Made by a program: the position numbers and the translations under genes | The notes under the pieces: generated by a model | The model's input: the letters and a program-made list of their open reading frames with translations, nothing else | Told to the model about the DNA's origin: nothing | Databases searched by the model: none | Source: a virus | Lineage: Duplodnaviria > Caudoviricetes | Virus record (IMG/VR): IMGVR_UViG_3300028780_000007 | Span: 1 to 56,682 of that record | DNA: 56,682 nt | Strand: one strand, 5' to 3' | Shown here: in pieces, positions 42,926 to 52,676 of the stretch | How positions within the stretch are numbered: position 1 is the first letter of the stretch | How the letters are laid out: every line of letters starts with the position of its first letter

Positions 42926-44961
42926 TGCGCCTTAATCGCAAAGATCCATATCTGGACGATGCGCTCGAATTGCTGGATCGCCATATCGAGAAGGCCAATG
43001 GCGATTTCCGGCTGGCGTATACCTTTCTTACTCCGCACGAATTAGTTTTCATCGACGGCGAGATTGAGAAATGTGTTTCAAACTTCCGCTACTACGCTGA
43101 AAATTACCACGTTATCGCTTCGGAATATGAAGGCCACAAAGTTCTCCATCCTTGGTGGGATAGTCAAGAAATCTTCTATGAAAAAGTTTTCGAGATTCAA
43201 ATTGCAGGGAAACCGGTTCGCATTATCGTTCTGAAAGCGCGTCAGCTTGGCCTGTCCACAATTTGCCAAGCGCTTACTTTCCACAAAACGATTTTCACGC
43301 CTAGTTGTAATACTTTGATCATCGCGCAGGATCCTGGACAAGCCGACTATCTCTTTAGCATGTCTCGTACGGCGTACGAAAGTTTGCCGTGGTGGATGCG
43401 GCCAGAAACCCGTTACGAAGCCAAGTCAAGGTATATGGTCTTCGATCGCAAGGATCCTACTGAGCGCATGATGAGTCCTGGATTGCGATCGCAGATTTTC
43501 GTCGATGCGGCCAACAAAATGACTGGTGCTGCCGTTGGAAAAACTATCCGTGCGGTTCACATGAGCGAGTTGAGTGAATGGGACAATGCCTCGATTTTGA
43601 CCGAGAACCTTTTCCCGACCATGAACGCACCTGATGAATTGGCAATCATGGAGTCTACGGCGCGCGGAACCGTTGGTTTTTGGTACAGGTTTTGGAAGTC
43701 GGCGATGGAGGGAAAGACCGACTGGCAACCAGTTTTCATTGAGTTTTTCCGGGTTAAGAAATATTCGACTTCAATTCCGGCCGGCGAGAAATTTGAGCTT
43801 ACGCCGGAAGAGGTTGCGCTTCGCGGGAAGGTTAAGAAAGAAGCAAACTTTGATTTGGCTGACGAGCAACTCAAGTGGCGTCGAGACAAGATCAACGAGT
43901 TCATTGCGGCTGATGGGGAAGAATGGGGATTCTATCAGGAGTATCCGGGCGCCACATGGCTCGAGGCGTTTCAGGGCAGTGGTTTGTGTGCTTTTGACAA
44001 AAGGAAGCTTCAGACAATGCTCGAGACGCAGTGTTGCCCTCCGATTTTGTTTGGTGAAATTGATTTGGACCGAGAAAAAGACGGAAAGCTTCGGCCTCAC
44101 CTAAAGGCCATGCGCAAGGTTGACAGGAACACGCTTATTCCGCCGCAAGAAAACTACGGATCAAGGCTTCACATCTGGGAGAAACCGATAGCTGGGGAAA
44201 GATATTCTATCGGAGCCGACGTCGCCCAGGGAATTCTGGGTGGCAATTATTCTTGTGCCCAGGTTTTCAAGATCGGCAAAGGAATGAAAAAAGACGAACA
44301 GGTCGCCGAATGGCATGGGTTAATCAACCCAACGCCGTACGCTTCCGTTCTTGCTGGGCTTGGTTTTTATTACAACACCGCTGAAATCGCCGTCGAGTGC
44401 AACAACGACGTTGGCGGAACGACCAACAACCAATTGTTGCGTGTGATCGAATACCCGAATATGTTCCGGTGGAAGCACTACGACAAGATCAAGAATTACT
44501 TCTCCGACTTCATGGGCTGGTACACCAATTCCAAGACTCGCGGTCAGATCATCACAAAGATGCGGGAGAGCATCAGCGACGGGACGATTATAATTCGCAG
44601 CGAGGCTATGATTGAGGAAATGCGGAACTTCGCTAGGGAAGAGGGAGAGCGAAGGTATGAGGGTCAGGGGACCGACGACGACCGTGTAATGTCCGGGATG
44701 ATTTGTATTTTCTGCCCGCACGATATGGATTGGGGCGTGGACAAGACCGAATCGGAGGAAGAGGACGAAGAGACGATCCGGAAAAGGAAGAGAGAGGATT
44801 ACATCAACACCGATTACGCGCCGGCTTTCGAGGGGTCGAGGAAGAAGAACCTTCCGCCAGGGAAAGCACAGTTGCCCAGCGAGCTTGGTTTGCCGACAGA
44901 TATGACCACTTCGCAGATTCGTTCCGATGTGCCCGAAGAAGATCAGTGGAAGCTTCTTTAG
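42925..44961 (+). CDS. terL: terminase large subunit
   Basis: IIVLKARQLGLST, HMSE, MESTARG, QEYP, IGADVAQG, VECNN, DDRVMS. Confidence 0.92.
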   Translation: MRLNRKDPYLDDALELLDRHIEKANGDFRLAYTFLTPHELVFIDGEIEKCVSNFRYYAENYHVIASEYEGHKVLHPWWDSQEIFYEKVFEIQIAGKPVRIIVLKARQLGLSTICQALTFHKTIFTPSCNTLIIAQDPGQADYLFSMSRTAYESLPWWMRPETRYEAKSRYMVFDRKDPTERMMSPGLRSQIFVDAANKMTGAAVGKTIRAVHMSELSEWDNASILTENLFPTMNAPDELAIMESTARGTVGFWYRFWKSAMEGKTDWQPVFIEFFRVKKYSTSIPAGEKFELTPEEVALRGKVKKEANFDLADEQLKWRRDKINEFIAADGEEWGFYQEYPGATWLEAFQGSGLCAFDKRKLQTMLETQCCPPILFGEIDLDREKDGKLRPHLKAMRKVDRNTLIPPQENYGSRLHIWEKPIAGERYSIGADVAQGILGGNYSCAQVFKIGKGMKKDEQVAEWHGLINPTPYASVLAGLGFYYNTAEIAVECNNDVGGTTNNQLLRVIEYPNMFRWKHYDKIKNYFSDFMGWYTNSKTRGQIITKMRESISDGTIIIRSEAMIEEMRNFAREEGERRYEGQGTDDDRVMSGMICIFCPHDMDWGVDKTESEEEDEETIRKRKREDYINTDYAPAFEGSRKKNLPPGKAQLPSELGLPTDMTTSQIRSDVPEEDQWKLL

Positions 44962-44973
44962 AAAGGAAATCTC

Positions 44974-45606
44974 ATGCCTGAAGTAGTGACGAGCAATTTG
45001 GAGTGCCCGGAGTGCGCGAAAAGGGGGGTTGAAGGTATTCGCCTCAAAAACGTACAGGGGCGAAACGAGTATTACTGTGATGCCGGGGGGCACAAGTTTC
45101 GGGATACCGAAGAATTGATGGCAATGAAGCCACGGATGCTGACTTTTATTCCGCCTGTCAAGAGGCCGCCAGAAGGCGCCGCAACGCTCACGATTCCGAT
45201 CAACGGAGAAGCGCTGACAAAACTTCGAGAAAGGTTTGGCGTAAAGCTTGAGGGGGCTGTCGTTTCCGTGATGGGGAGTCTCTTGGAGCCTGACTCTTTT
45301 GTTGTGGATCACCGAGCGGCAAAGAAGATGGAGGACGTTTTTGGTAAGAAGCCTCGTTACTCCGATGAGTTAGCTGGGATGGTTTTCGCTTTGAACGTGG
45401 AGAAGGTTCAAGCACTATCGGACCTGAAGGACGCGCGTGCCGCGGCTGGCGGTGGTGGTCAGCAAGTTGTGATTGGTGGAATCACTTTGGCTTTTGAGCC
45501 CGAAATAGTCGCAAAGCTTGTCGAGAGGGCGACTTTCAACGGCAAGAAAGTTGTGCCGTATTTGCAGGAAACCATTCTTTATGCGTTAGAGCAGGGCTGG
45601 TTCTAA
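44974..45606 (+). CDS. Zn-ribbon plus RHH-like protein between terminase and portal
   Basis: CPEC...YYCDAGGHKF; ends GWF. Confidence 0.65.
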   Translation: MPEVVTSNLECPECAKRGVEGIRLKNVQGRNEYYCDAGGHKFRDTEELMAMKPRMLTFIPPVKRPPEGAATLTIPINGEALTKLRERFGVKLEGAVVSVMGSLLEPDSFVVDHRAAKKMEDVFGKKPRYSDELAGMVFALNVEKVQALSDLKDARAAAGGGGQQVVIGGITLAFEPEIVAKLVERATFNGKKVVPYLQETILYALEQGWF

Positions 45607-45609
45607 AAC

Positions 45610-47553
45610 ATGGCTTCGAATTTCCTTCCTCGAGAACTGACGCCGAATATCGCCGACGCTGGCGGAGAGCAGATCATCCACGGTACCGGCGACAAGGTTA
45701 ACGATTACCGGCAACAGATTGGATATTGGTTGAGCGGCGCTTACGAGGAAGCGAAGTTCGACATGAACCAGAACGACGATATCCGCCGTGGCGGTCAGTA
45801 CATTGAGTACATTACCGGAAAGCAGTGGCCGGGAGCTCGTCCTTCCTATCGCACATCTCCTGTAAACAACCGCATCTGGCGCCTCGTTTGGGAATTGGTT
45901 GCCACTCTCACCGACATCCGGCCGGTCTTTGAAATCAAAGCCACGAATCCGGATTACGACAAGCACGCCAATATGATCAACAAGGTCACGCGGGCGTGGT
46001 GGACGGAATCGAATTGCGAATCTAGCTTGGCGATGATCATCCTGTATTCGATTCTCTGTACGGGGTACGGAAAGCTTCAATGGAATCCGGAGTTGCGCGG
46101 CGGAGAAGGTGATTTTGAGATTTTGTATCTTGGTCCGACTGAGGTTTTGCCGTTAAAGCCGACGACGGATCTTCAGTCTTCGCAGATGGTGATTTTGGAG
46201 CAAGCGAAGCCGTTGAGTTGGTTCCGTAGGAAATTCCCCCTTGTTGGCTCGATGGTTAAAGCCGACATGGATCTCTCGCGTTATTCGCTTCCTTCCCAGG
46301 CGCCGGGTCACATCCCACAGGTTCTTTTTGAGGTTCTTTCTCCGCAGATGCAGCGCATGGTAGGACGTCCAGAGAAATCCTTTCAGACCGTGTTTCCAGT
46401 CGCTCGCTATCGCGAGTTTTGGTTCAAGGATTGGACTGTTAACGCGTCGAATGTGCCTGTTGTGATGGGCGATCCGACAACGAATTGGTCTTACATAGCG
46501 CAGCCGAATGAACTTCTTTATCCTCGCGGGCGCGTGATTTGTACGGGCGGAGAAAAGAATTACGTCGTTTACGACGGTCCAAACCCTTATTGGCACGGGA
46601 TGTATCCGTTCGAAGCCCTTCGTTTGAATGCGGTGCCGTGGCAATTCTTGGGAGTGTCCGAACTTCGGCCGCTGATTCCGTTGCAGGACATCATCAACAA
46701 CACTTTGGCTGGCATCTTGGACATGATCAAGAAGGCCGTGAACCCAGGATTCTTGGCGCCGAAGAACGCTTTTAGCGATGCGCACTTGAACAGCATCGAC
46801 TGGTCGATGCCTGGCGCGAAAGGCGTTTATAGCGCGCTTTCACCGCACCAGCCGCAGTTTGTTCCCCAGCCTCAGTTGCCATCGTTCGTCCTGCAAGTTT
46901 TGCTTATGGCTGCGCGGGAAATGGATCAATCTTCCGGCATTGCGGCCGTCGACGAAGCGGTAAGAAAGAATCAGGTTCCGAGCGGAGACACGCTCGACCA
47001 AATTAAAGATTCGAAGCAAACCCCGTTGCGGCTGAAGGGAAAGAATATCGAGGGGTTTTTGCGCACCCTTGGACAGCAAACGATCTCCAACGTTTTCCAG
47101 TTTTACAGCATGAAGCGCAGAATGTTCATGGTCGGTAAAGAAGCGCTCACGTTCGAAGATTTCGATTGGAATCCAGGAAGTGTTATCCCTCAAGGTACGA
47201 AACCAGAAGAGTTCGCGCGCCGATTTGTGTTCCTGATTCAGAGCGGCTCGCTGCTAAACATCAATCGCGTGGAGCGCGCGGCCACATTGCAGCGTTTGCG
47301 CATGATGAAGGACATCGATCGCCGCACGTTGATCGAGGGGTTGGATATGGGCATTAACATCCCTGAAGTCGAGATGCGGCTGAAGAAAGAAGCGATGGAC
47401 CAGGCTGACACGGCAGCAAAGCAGCGTACGATCTTAATGGCTGCACAAGCGATGCTTCAGCAGCAGCAAAATCCTTTCGCGCAGATGATTGTTAAATTGC
47501 TGTCGAGCGACCAGAATCCACCGGAAGGAACGGCGCAATTGACCAATGCCTAG
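45610..47553 (+). CDS. portal protein (P22-like)
   Basis: 647 aa after terminase; YITGKQW, NRIWRLV, PNPYWHGMYPF, LIPLQDIIN. Confidence 0.85.
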   Translation: MASNFLPRELTPNIADAGGEQIIHGTGDKVNDYRQQIGYWLSGAYEEAKFDMNQNDDIRRGGQYIEYITGKQWPGARPSYRTSPVNNRIWRLVWELVATLTDIRPVFEIKATNPDYDKHANMINKVTRAWWTESNCESSLAMIILYSILCTGYGKLQWNPELRGGEGDFEILYLGPTEVLPLKPTTDLQSSQMVILEQAKPLSWFRRKFPLVGSMVKADMDLSRYSLPSQAPGHIPQVLFEVLSPQMQRMVGRPEKSFQTVFPVARYREFWFKDWTVNASNVPVVMGDPTTNWSYIAQPNELLYPRGRVICTGGEKNYVVYDGPNPYWHGMYPFEALRLNAVPWQFLGVSELRPLIPLQDIINNTLAGILDMIKKAVNPGFLAPKNAFSDAHLNSIDWSMPGAKGVYSALSPHQPQFVPQPQLPSFVLQVLLMAAREMDQSSGIAAVDEAVRKNQVPSGDTLDQIKDSKQTPLRLKGKNIEGFLRTLGQQTISNVFQFYSMKRRMFMVGKEALTFEDFDWNPGSVIPQGTKPEEFARRFVFLIQSGSLLNINRVERAATLQRLRMMKDIDRRTLIEGLDMGINIPEVEMRLKKEAMDQADTAAKQRTILMAAQAMLQQQQNPFAQMIVKLLSSDQNPPEGTAQLTNA

Positions 47554-47743
47554 CATAAAGCCGATGCCGGCGAAATTGTCTTTGGATGGAGTTGATATCG
47601 AACTTCCGCGCGAGGCTTTTGAGTGCGCGTTTTTCTTGATTGGTGATACTCAAGGCACAAAAAAGTCTGGATCTTTGACGATTCATTTCCGCGACGGGGT
47701 TCCTGTTGGCGTCGACTCGGTTACAAAAAAGGTCTATAAGTGA
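47546..47743 (+). CDS. hypothetical protein
   Basis: KSGSLTIHFRDGVP. Confidence 0.55.
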   Translation: MPSIKPMPAKLSLDGVDIELPREAFECAFFLIGDTQGTKKSGSLTIHFRDGVPVGVDSVTKKVYK

Positions 47744-47839
47744 TTTTAGTTGTTGACGTTTAATCTGTACGTTCTGCAAGATGAACGCGACCTGGTAATT
47801 TGAGCTCGGATTGAAGTCCCGAAAGGGCCGACTTCAATG

Positions 47840-47874
47840 GCTCGCTAACAGAAGATTGTTGGCGGGCTTTTTTT
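47840..47874 (+). terminator. intrinsic terminator in a structured leader upstream of head genes
   Basis: GCTCGCTAACA/TGTTGGCGGGC plus T-run; preceded by TTGAAGTC/GACTTCAA hairpin. Confidence 0.65.
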
Positions 47875-47887
47875 ATTTGGAGACGAC

Positions 47888-48094
47888 ATGGCTGAAAGGC
47901 ACAAAGATTTTAAGCCTGTCAAACGGCCGGGGGCGCTTACCAAGAAAGCCAATCGTGCTGGCGAGAGTAATCAAGAATTTGCCAGTAAGCATTACAACGA
48001 TAGTGGGCTTACTGGTGAGCAAGCGCGCTTCGCGAAGATTGCCAAGACCTGGCGCCACAAGGGTCGGGAATCAAAGCGAGGCGGTGGTCGCTGA
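47888..48094 (+). CDS. small basic protein
   Basis: VKRPGALTKKA...QARFAK. Confidence 0.65.
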   Translation: MAERHKDFKPVKRPGALTKKANRAGESNQEFASKHYNDSGLTGEQARFAKIAKTWRHKGRESKRGGGR

Positions 48095-48253
48095 ATGCCG
48101 CTAACGCCGGGAAATTCGAGAGCAGCCGTCAGTAGCAATATTTCGCAACTTGTAAAAGAGGGAAGACCACAAAAGCAAGCTGTGGCGATTTCTCTTAGCA
48201 ACGCGCGCAGGAAAGGCCGTTCGAGGTCCGGACGGAAAACTTCTGGGAGGTAA
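48095..48253 (+). CDS. small basic phage protein
   Basis: MPLTPGNS...NISQLVKEGRPQKQAVAISLS. Confidence 0.65.
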   Translation: MPLTPGNSRAAVSSNISQLVKEGRPQKQAVAISLSNARRKGRSRSGRKTSGR

Positions 48254-48258
48254 TTGAA

Positions 48259-48390
48259 ATGGCACACGAAGAAGAGAAGCGCGAAGAGAAGAAAGAGCAC
48301 AAGCGCGAAGAGAAGAAAGAGCACAAGCGCCACGGCAAGCGTGAGCGCTCTCTTCACCGCGGCGAGAAGGGTCGTAAGGAAAGCCGCTAA
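48259..48390 (+). CDS. small highly charged peptide with 24-nt tandem repeat
   Basis: GGAGG RBS; (KREEKKEH)x2 at 48277-48324. Confidence 0.5.
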   Translation: MAHEEEKREEKKEHKREEKKEHKRHGKRERSLHRGEKGRKESR

Positions 48391-48436
48391 CTCTGTGCGT
48401 TTTGGCTTTTAGGATCCCAGTTTTTGGAGGTAACAA

Positions 48437-48625
48437 ATGGCTACAAAGAAAACACCGATGAGCAAGGAATACGAAGGCCACGGCGAAGATAGCAAGGTGG
48501 TTTTCGGCGTTTCGAAGGGCGAGTACATACAGGTTGGAACCGTTGCCCCGCTTACTACCGATAACGGCACGAGCGTGAATACGAAGACGCCGCGGGAAGA
48601 TCACGGCGCCGGTGAGAAAATCTAA
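48437..48625 (+). CDS. hypothetical protein
   Basis: GGAGG RBS. Confidence 0.6.
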   Translation: MATKKTPMSKEYEGHGEDSKVVFGVSKGEYIQVGTVAPLTTDNGTSVNTKTPREDHGAGEKI

Positions 48626-48653
48626 CCGTCCATATCTGGACGTTTGAGGGTCA

Positions 48654-49097
48654 ATGGCAAGTCCAGCTTCACCGATGGTTGGCGGTCCACCGCCACAACC
48701 GCCGAGCGTTACCGGTCAGCAAGGCGCTCCCTTGGCAAGTGTCGCTCAGGGGATTGCCGCGCGCGCCGCACAGGGCGGTGGTGGTACGCCGGGCGTGGAC
48801 GACCAGAGCAAGAACGCGATCGACAAGAGCTATGCAGCCCATCCTAAAGGCGCCTTCCTGGCGCAGACCGAAATCTTGAGAAAATCGCTCGAGCAAATCG
48901 GCAAGACCGAAGAGGCTTTTGCCCCATTTGCGCAGCGCATGATCGAGATTATGCGGATGGGCGTCGATCAGGTCGCGAAGAGTAATCCCGATGCAGGGCC
49001 GCCTGCAGGCGCCGGCCAAACGGCCGGTGGGCCAGTGGCGACCAAGCCTCCGGATGGAAGTCAGGTGGGTGCTACGGCGCCCGGTTTCCCTGGGTAG
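48654..49097 (+). CDS. Pro/Gly-rich hypothetical head-region protein
   Basis: 147 aa, GAGG RBS. Confidence 0.65.
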   Translation: MASPASPMVGGPPPQPPSVTGQQGAPLASVAQGIAARAAQGGGGTPGVDDQSKNAIDKSYAAHPKGAFLAQTEILRKSLEQIGKTEEAFAPFAQRMIEIMRMGVDQVAKSNPDAGPPAGAGQTAGGPVATKPPDGSQVGATAPGFPG

Positions 49098-49170
49098 TAA
49101 CTCCATGAAGGTGAGGCGCAGCCCCAGCACTTCGGGGAAGCCAACCGCAGCCTGGAGAAAGGACAAGTAA

Positions 49171-50100
49171 ATGCCAGATGCTTTTGACGAATTGATTGCG
49201 ACGATCACGGACGAGGGAGACAGGAATTCCCTGCTCGCCATGTCCACGCGGCACAAGATTCTTCGAGAGGGATACCTTCGCCAGTCCGATTACGATCGGA
49301 TGATGAACGAGGCCAAAAAAGCTAACGATAAATTGAAGGCCGATTACGACGCGAAGGTTAAGGCGGCTGATGACAAAACCAAAGAGGCCACTGAGCTAGT
49401 GGACAAGAACAAGAAGTGGTGGGCAGAAACGGAACCGATTTTCACAAAGGCAAAAACCACTCAAGCGGAGCGGGACAGTCTCTTCGAAGAAAAGAAGAAG
49501 CTCGAAGCCAAAATTACCGAATTGTCCGCGGCTGCGGCTAGCGGCAAGGGGAGCGAGGGTAGCGTCGTGGACCAGGCCGAACTTGCAAAAGCGGTGGAAG
49601 AGCGCGTGAAGGGCATGGGGTTCGTGTCCGAATCGAAGCTGATGGAAATCGTTTTGCAGGAAGCTGGCAAACAGCGCGACACCTTCCTTAAGGAAACCCT
49701 TCCGGCCACGATGGAATACATTTTCAGCGTGAACGATATCGCAATGCGGCACCGCGAGGAGTTCCACGAGCCGTTCGATCGCGTGGCTTATTTGAAGTTC
49801 ATTCACGAGAACCAGCTTGGCAATTTGCTCCCGGACAAGGCTTACGACCAGTACATCTCCGAAAAGCGCGGGAAGAACAACGAAGCCAAGATGCGCGAGG
49901 AGATCGAGAAAGACATCCGTACCAAGATGTCGATCCCCGGAACCGGAACCGTTACCGGGCCGCCGACTGGTTCGATCCCGGAAGAAGGCAGCGCGCTTGT
50001 CGAGTACATCAAGGCCACCGCTGCGAAGGACGACGGCGGAACGATGTCCGGAGCGATGGCAGCCGCGGCCGAGTTGAGGAAAGAAGGCAAGGCCGCATAA
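49171..50100 (+). CDS. capsid scaffolding protein
   Basis: Coiled-coil, GYLRQSDYDR motif, immediately upstream of the capsid gene. Confidence 0.75.
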   Translation: MPDAFDELIATITDEGDRNSLLAMSTRHKILREGYLRQSDYDRMMNEAKKANDKLKADYDAKVKAADDKTKEATELVDKNKKWWAETEPIFTKAKTTQAERDSLFEEKKKLEAKITELSAAAASGKGSEGSVVDQAELAKAVEERVKGMGFVSESKLMEIVLQEAGKQRDTFLKETLPATMEYIFSVNDIAMRHREEFHEPFDRVAYLKFIHENQLGNLLPDKAYDQYISEKRGKNNEAKMREEIEKDIRTKMSIPGTGTVTGPPTGSIPEEGSALVEYIKATAAKDDGGTMSGAMAAAAELRKEGKAA

Positions 50101-50233
50101 CAAGTTTCGGCTTTACCGGAAGGGGAAACCCGCAGTCGGTAAGAGCCAGTGGATGTGAAGACTGAAGGGAAGCCGAGTGGCGCAGCCTGAAGGTCTGGGG
50201 TTGTTGAATTAAATTCAGCGGAGGAACGAGAAA

Positions 50234-51196
50234 ATGGCCCTTACGTACGATGACATCACCTCTAAAACAAACAAGTTCATCGTTCCGCGCCTAGTTGACA
50301 ACGTTTACAAGTCTTCCCCAATCTTCACTAGGCTGCGCACGAAGAACGCAGAAAAGTTCGAGGGTGGCACGACGATTCGGCACCCGATCATGTATGCCGC
50401 GTTGAAGGGCGGTCCCTTCACTCGCGGTGCAACGTTTGACATCACGTACGTGCAGACGGACACCGCACTCGAGGTGAACGTCAAGTACTACTACGTGAAC
50501 ATCACTCTCTACGGCACGGATAACGTGCTCAACCGCGGCCCCGAGGCCGCAATGTCGTACGTCGAATCCAAGATGGTGAACGCTGCCGGCCGGATGGCGC
50601 AATTGCTCGGCACCGATCTCTTCTTGGACGGCCAGGGCACGCTTAGTCCAACGATTTCGTTGGACGGCTTGACCGCGGCCGTGGACGACGGAACGAACTA
50701 CGCCACCTACGGTGGCATCACCCGGACGGACATCGCCACGGGCGACAACGTGGGAATCAACGGCTATTACGCAAGCGTTCCAACGCTTTCGTTGGCGGCC
50801 GTGCAAACGGCGTTCGGCGCAACCTGGTTCGGAAACGAACGCACGGACTTGATGCCGACCGACCAAAACACCTGGAACATTCTGTGGAACAAGATCCAGC
50901 CGCAACAGCGGTTCAACGAGACGTCTTCGGACGTCGCGAAGATCGGCTTCCAGTCGTTGCAGTACAACGGCGCGCAGGTCGTGGTTGACCAGTACGCCCC
51001 GGCTGGCGTGCTCTGGTTCTTGAACACGAAGTACATCCAGTTCTGGATCTCCACCATGCGGAAATACCAATTCGGTTTCACCGGATGGAAAGAGGCCCAG
51101 AACACAGACGACGTTGCCGGTCAGTACATGTTCGGCGGCAACTTGCTCGTGGTAGCGCCACGTTTGATGGGGCGCATCGCGGGCATCACCGGCTAA
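50234..51196 (+). CDS. major capsid protein
   Basis: 320 aa, strong codon bias; LVDNVYKSSP, GGTTIRHPIMY, YGGITR, IGFQSLQYNG. Confidence 0.88.
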   Translation: MALTYDDITSKTNKFIVPRLVDNVYKSSPIFTRLRTKNAEKFEGGTTIRHPIMYAALKGGPFTRGATFDITYVQTDTALEVNVKYYYVNITLYGTDNVLNRGPEAAMSYVESKMVNAAGRMAQLLGTDLFLDGQGTLSPTISLDGLTAAVDDGTNYATYGGITRTDIATGDNVGINGYYASVPTLSLAAVQTAFGATWFGNERTDLMPTDQNTWNILWNKIQPQQRFNETSSDVAKIGFQSLQYNGAQVVVDQYAPAGVLWFLNTKYIQFWISTMRKYQFGFTGWKEAQNTDDVAGQYMFGGNLLVVAPRLMGRIAGITG

Positions 51197-51211
51197 GGGG
51201 GAGGAACTCAC

Positions 51212-51793
51212 ATGGCCTTCGCGATACCAAGCGATTACGCAACATCAGTACAAACCGCCGAAGTGTACACGGGCGCTTTCTCGACCGTGAACGACGCCTA
51301 CATCGCTTCTCCGGGCTTGTCCCAGGGAGCGATTGGGCTTACCAACGGCGCGCGCAACCCTCTTGGCCGAACGGTGTACTCAACCGATTTGACAACCGGA
51401 CGTCGTTTCAAAAACAAGTACGTCCGGTTGAATTCGACCACCACGGCAACTCTCATCGTCGGTCCTGTGTATTACAAGGACGAAACGTTTGAAGTTGTCA
51501 CCATCCAATCCAGCGAATCGCAGTTCGGAGTCAACGGCATCGCCGGCATCTTGTTGAACGTCAACGCCACAAACGGGAATTACGTTTACATTCTCACGAA
51601 CGGAATTCTCGCGGGCGTGGCGGTTCCGGCTTCAACAGCGGCAGGTGACTGCTTGATCGGTGCAGCCGGCGCGCAGGCACTTGCCCGCGTGGCGGCAAAC
51701 ACCGCTCCGACCAACCGGAAGTGCGCTTGGGCGCTCACTGCGGTTGCAAGCGGCGTTTCGGATATCTACGTCGAAGTCGACGACCTCGGCTAA
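51212..51793 (+). CDS. putative capsid decoration protein
   Basis: Follows the capsid gene; Ala/Gly/Thr-rich beta protein. Confidence 0.6.
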   Translation: MAFAIPSDYATSVQTAEVYTGAFSTVNDAYIASPGLSQGAIGLTNGARNPLGRTVYSTDLTTGRRFKNKYVRLNSTTTATLIVGPVYYKDETFEVVTIQSSESQFGVNGIAGILLNVNATNGNYVYILTNGILAGVAVPASTAAGDCLIGAAGAQALARVAANTAPTNRKCAWALTAVASGVSDIYVEVDDLG

Positions 51794-51807
51794 AAGGGGA
51801 GGACAGC

Positions 51808-52143
51808 ATGGCGATCGGAATAACTCTAATAGCCGATGGAAACGATGTTTGGGGAAGGACCAGGATTCAGCAATTCCTGGCGGCTCTCGACACTTCGTAT
51901 CCGACTGGCGGGTATCCAATCACGCCCGCGCAACTTGCGTTGCGAACCATCTTGGGCATTATCGTTCGTGCGGTGAATACCGGATTCGTGACTAATTCGG
52001 CGACGTTTGCCGGGTTAATTCCGGTCTGGAATACCACCACCGGGAAGCTGCAACTTATTGTGGCTTCAACCGGCGCGGAGTTGGCTAACGCCTCGAACGT
52101 AAGCGCAACAGTTCTTACCTTGGAAGCTGCCGGTCCTGGGTAA
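51808..52143 (+). CDS. putative virion protein
   Basis: GGAGG RBS; DTSYPTGGYPI...ELANASNVS. Confidence 0.65.
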   Translation: MAIGITLIADGNDVWGRTRIQQFLAALDTSYPTGGYPITPAQLALRTILGIIVRAVNTGFVTNSATFAGLIPVWNTTTGKLQLIVASTGAELANASNVSATVLTLEAAGPG

Positions 52144-52250
52144 AGAAAAGATCTTTCGGGGCGCACGCAACGGCCCGGAAGTAGAGACACCGGATTTGGC
52201 GGACCATCTGCACTGCCCGCAGATGGTCCGCTGTAATCCTGGAGGTTCCC

Positions 52251-52559
52251 ATGGGCGGTTTTGACCCTTCTGCTGGTCTTGATCCATCGGCGCTTGCAAG
52301 CAGCATTTCCGGATCTCCGTCCGGAGCTATGGGCGGTGATTCTGCGGCCGTTAGTTCCGGCCGGAACGCTCAGATGACCGATCGAATGCTCCCGAGGATG
52401 CCGGGCGCGCGCGCTCGAGCTCCGAAGGGACCGTCTTCAAAGCCTCGATCGAAAAATCCTGGGGCTTCCATGCGTGGAGCGATCAAGAGGATCGGTAAGC
52501 CGCGGCGCCGTACAGGAATCCGCTTGTCGGGCGGCGGTGGTCGTAGGCCAAAGTTTTGA
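52251..52559 (+). CDS. Gly/Ser/Arg-rich basic protein
   Basis: GGAGG RBS after a long hairpin. Confidence 0.5.
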   Translation: MGGFDPSAGLDPSALASSISGSPSGAMGGDSAAVSSGRNAQMTDRMLPRMPGARARAPKGPSSKPRSKNPGASMRGAIKRIGKPRRRTGIRLSGGGGRRPKF

Positions 52560-52676
52560 GGCTGGAATGTCCAATGGTGTCTTCAGAATTCCGCAACGCG
52601 GTCCCACGCGCCTGAAAGGGCGTTTTGCTATTTCCTTCCAAACGTCCAGATATGGACGAATCGTAAAGCAGGTTTC

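Noticed and set aside
49396-51211. Long minus-strand ORFs opposite scaffold and capsid genes (also 44320-45312 and 46153-46785)
   Set aside because: Antisense shadows of codon-biased genes with no recognisable motifs.
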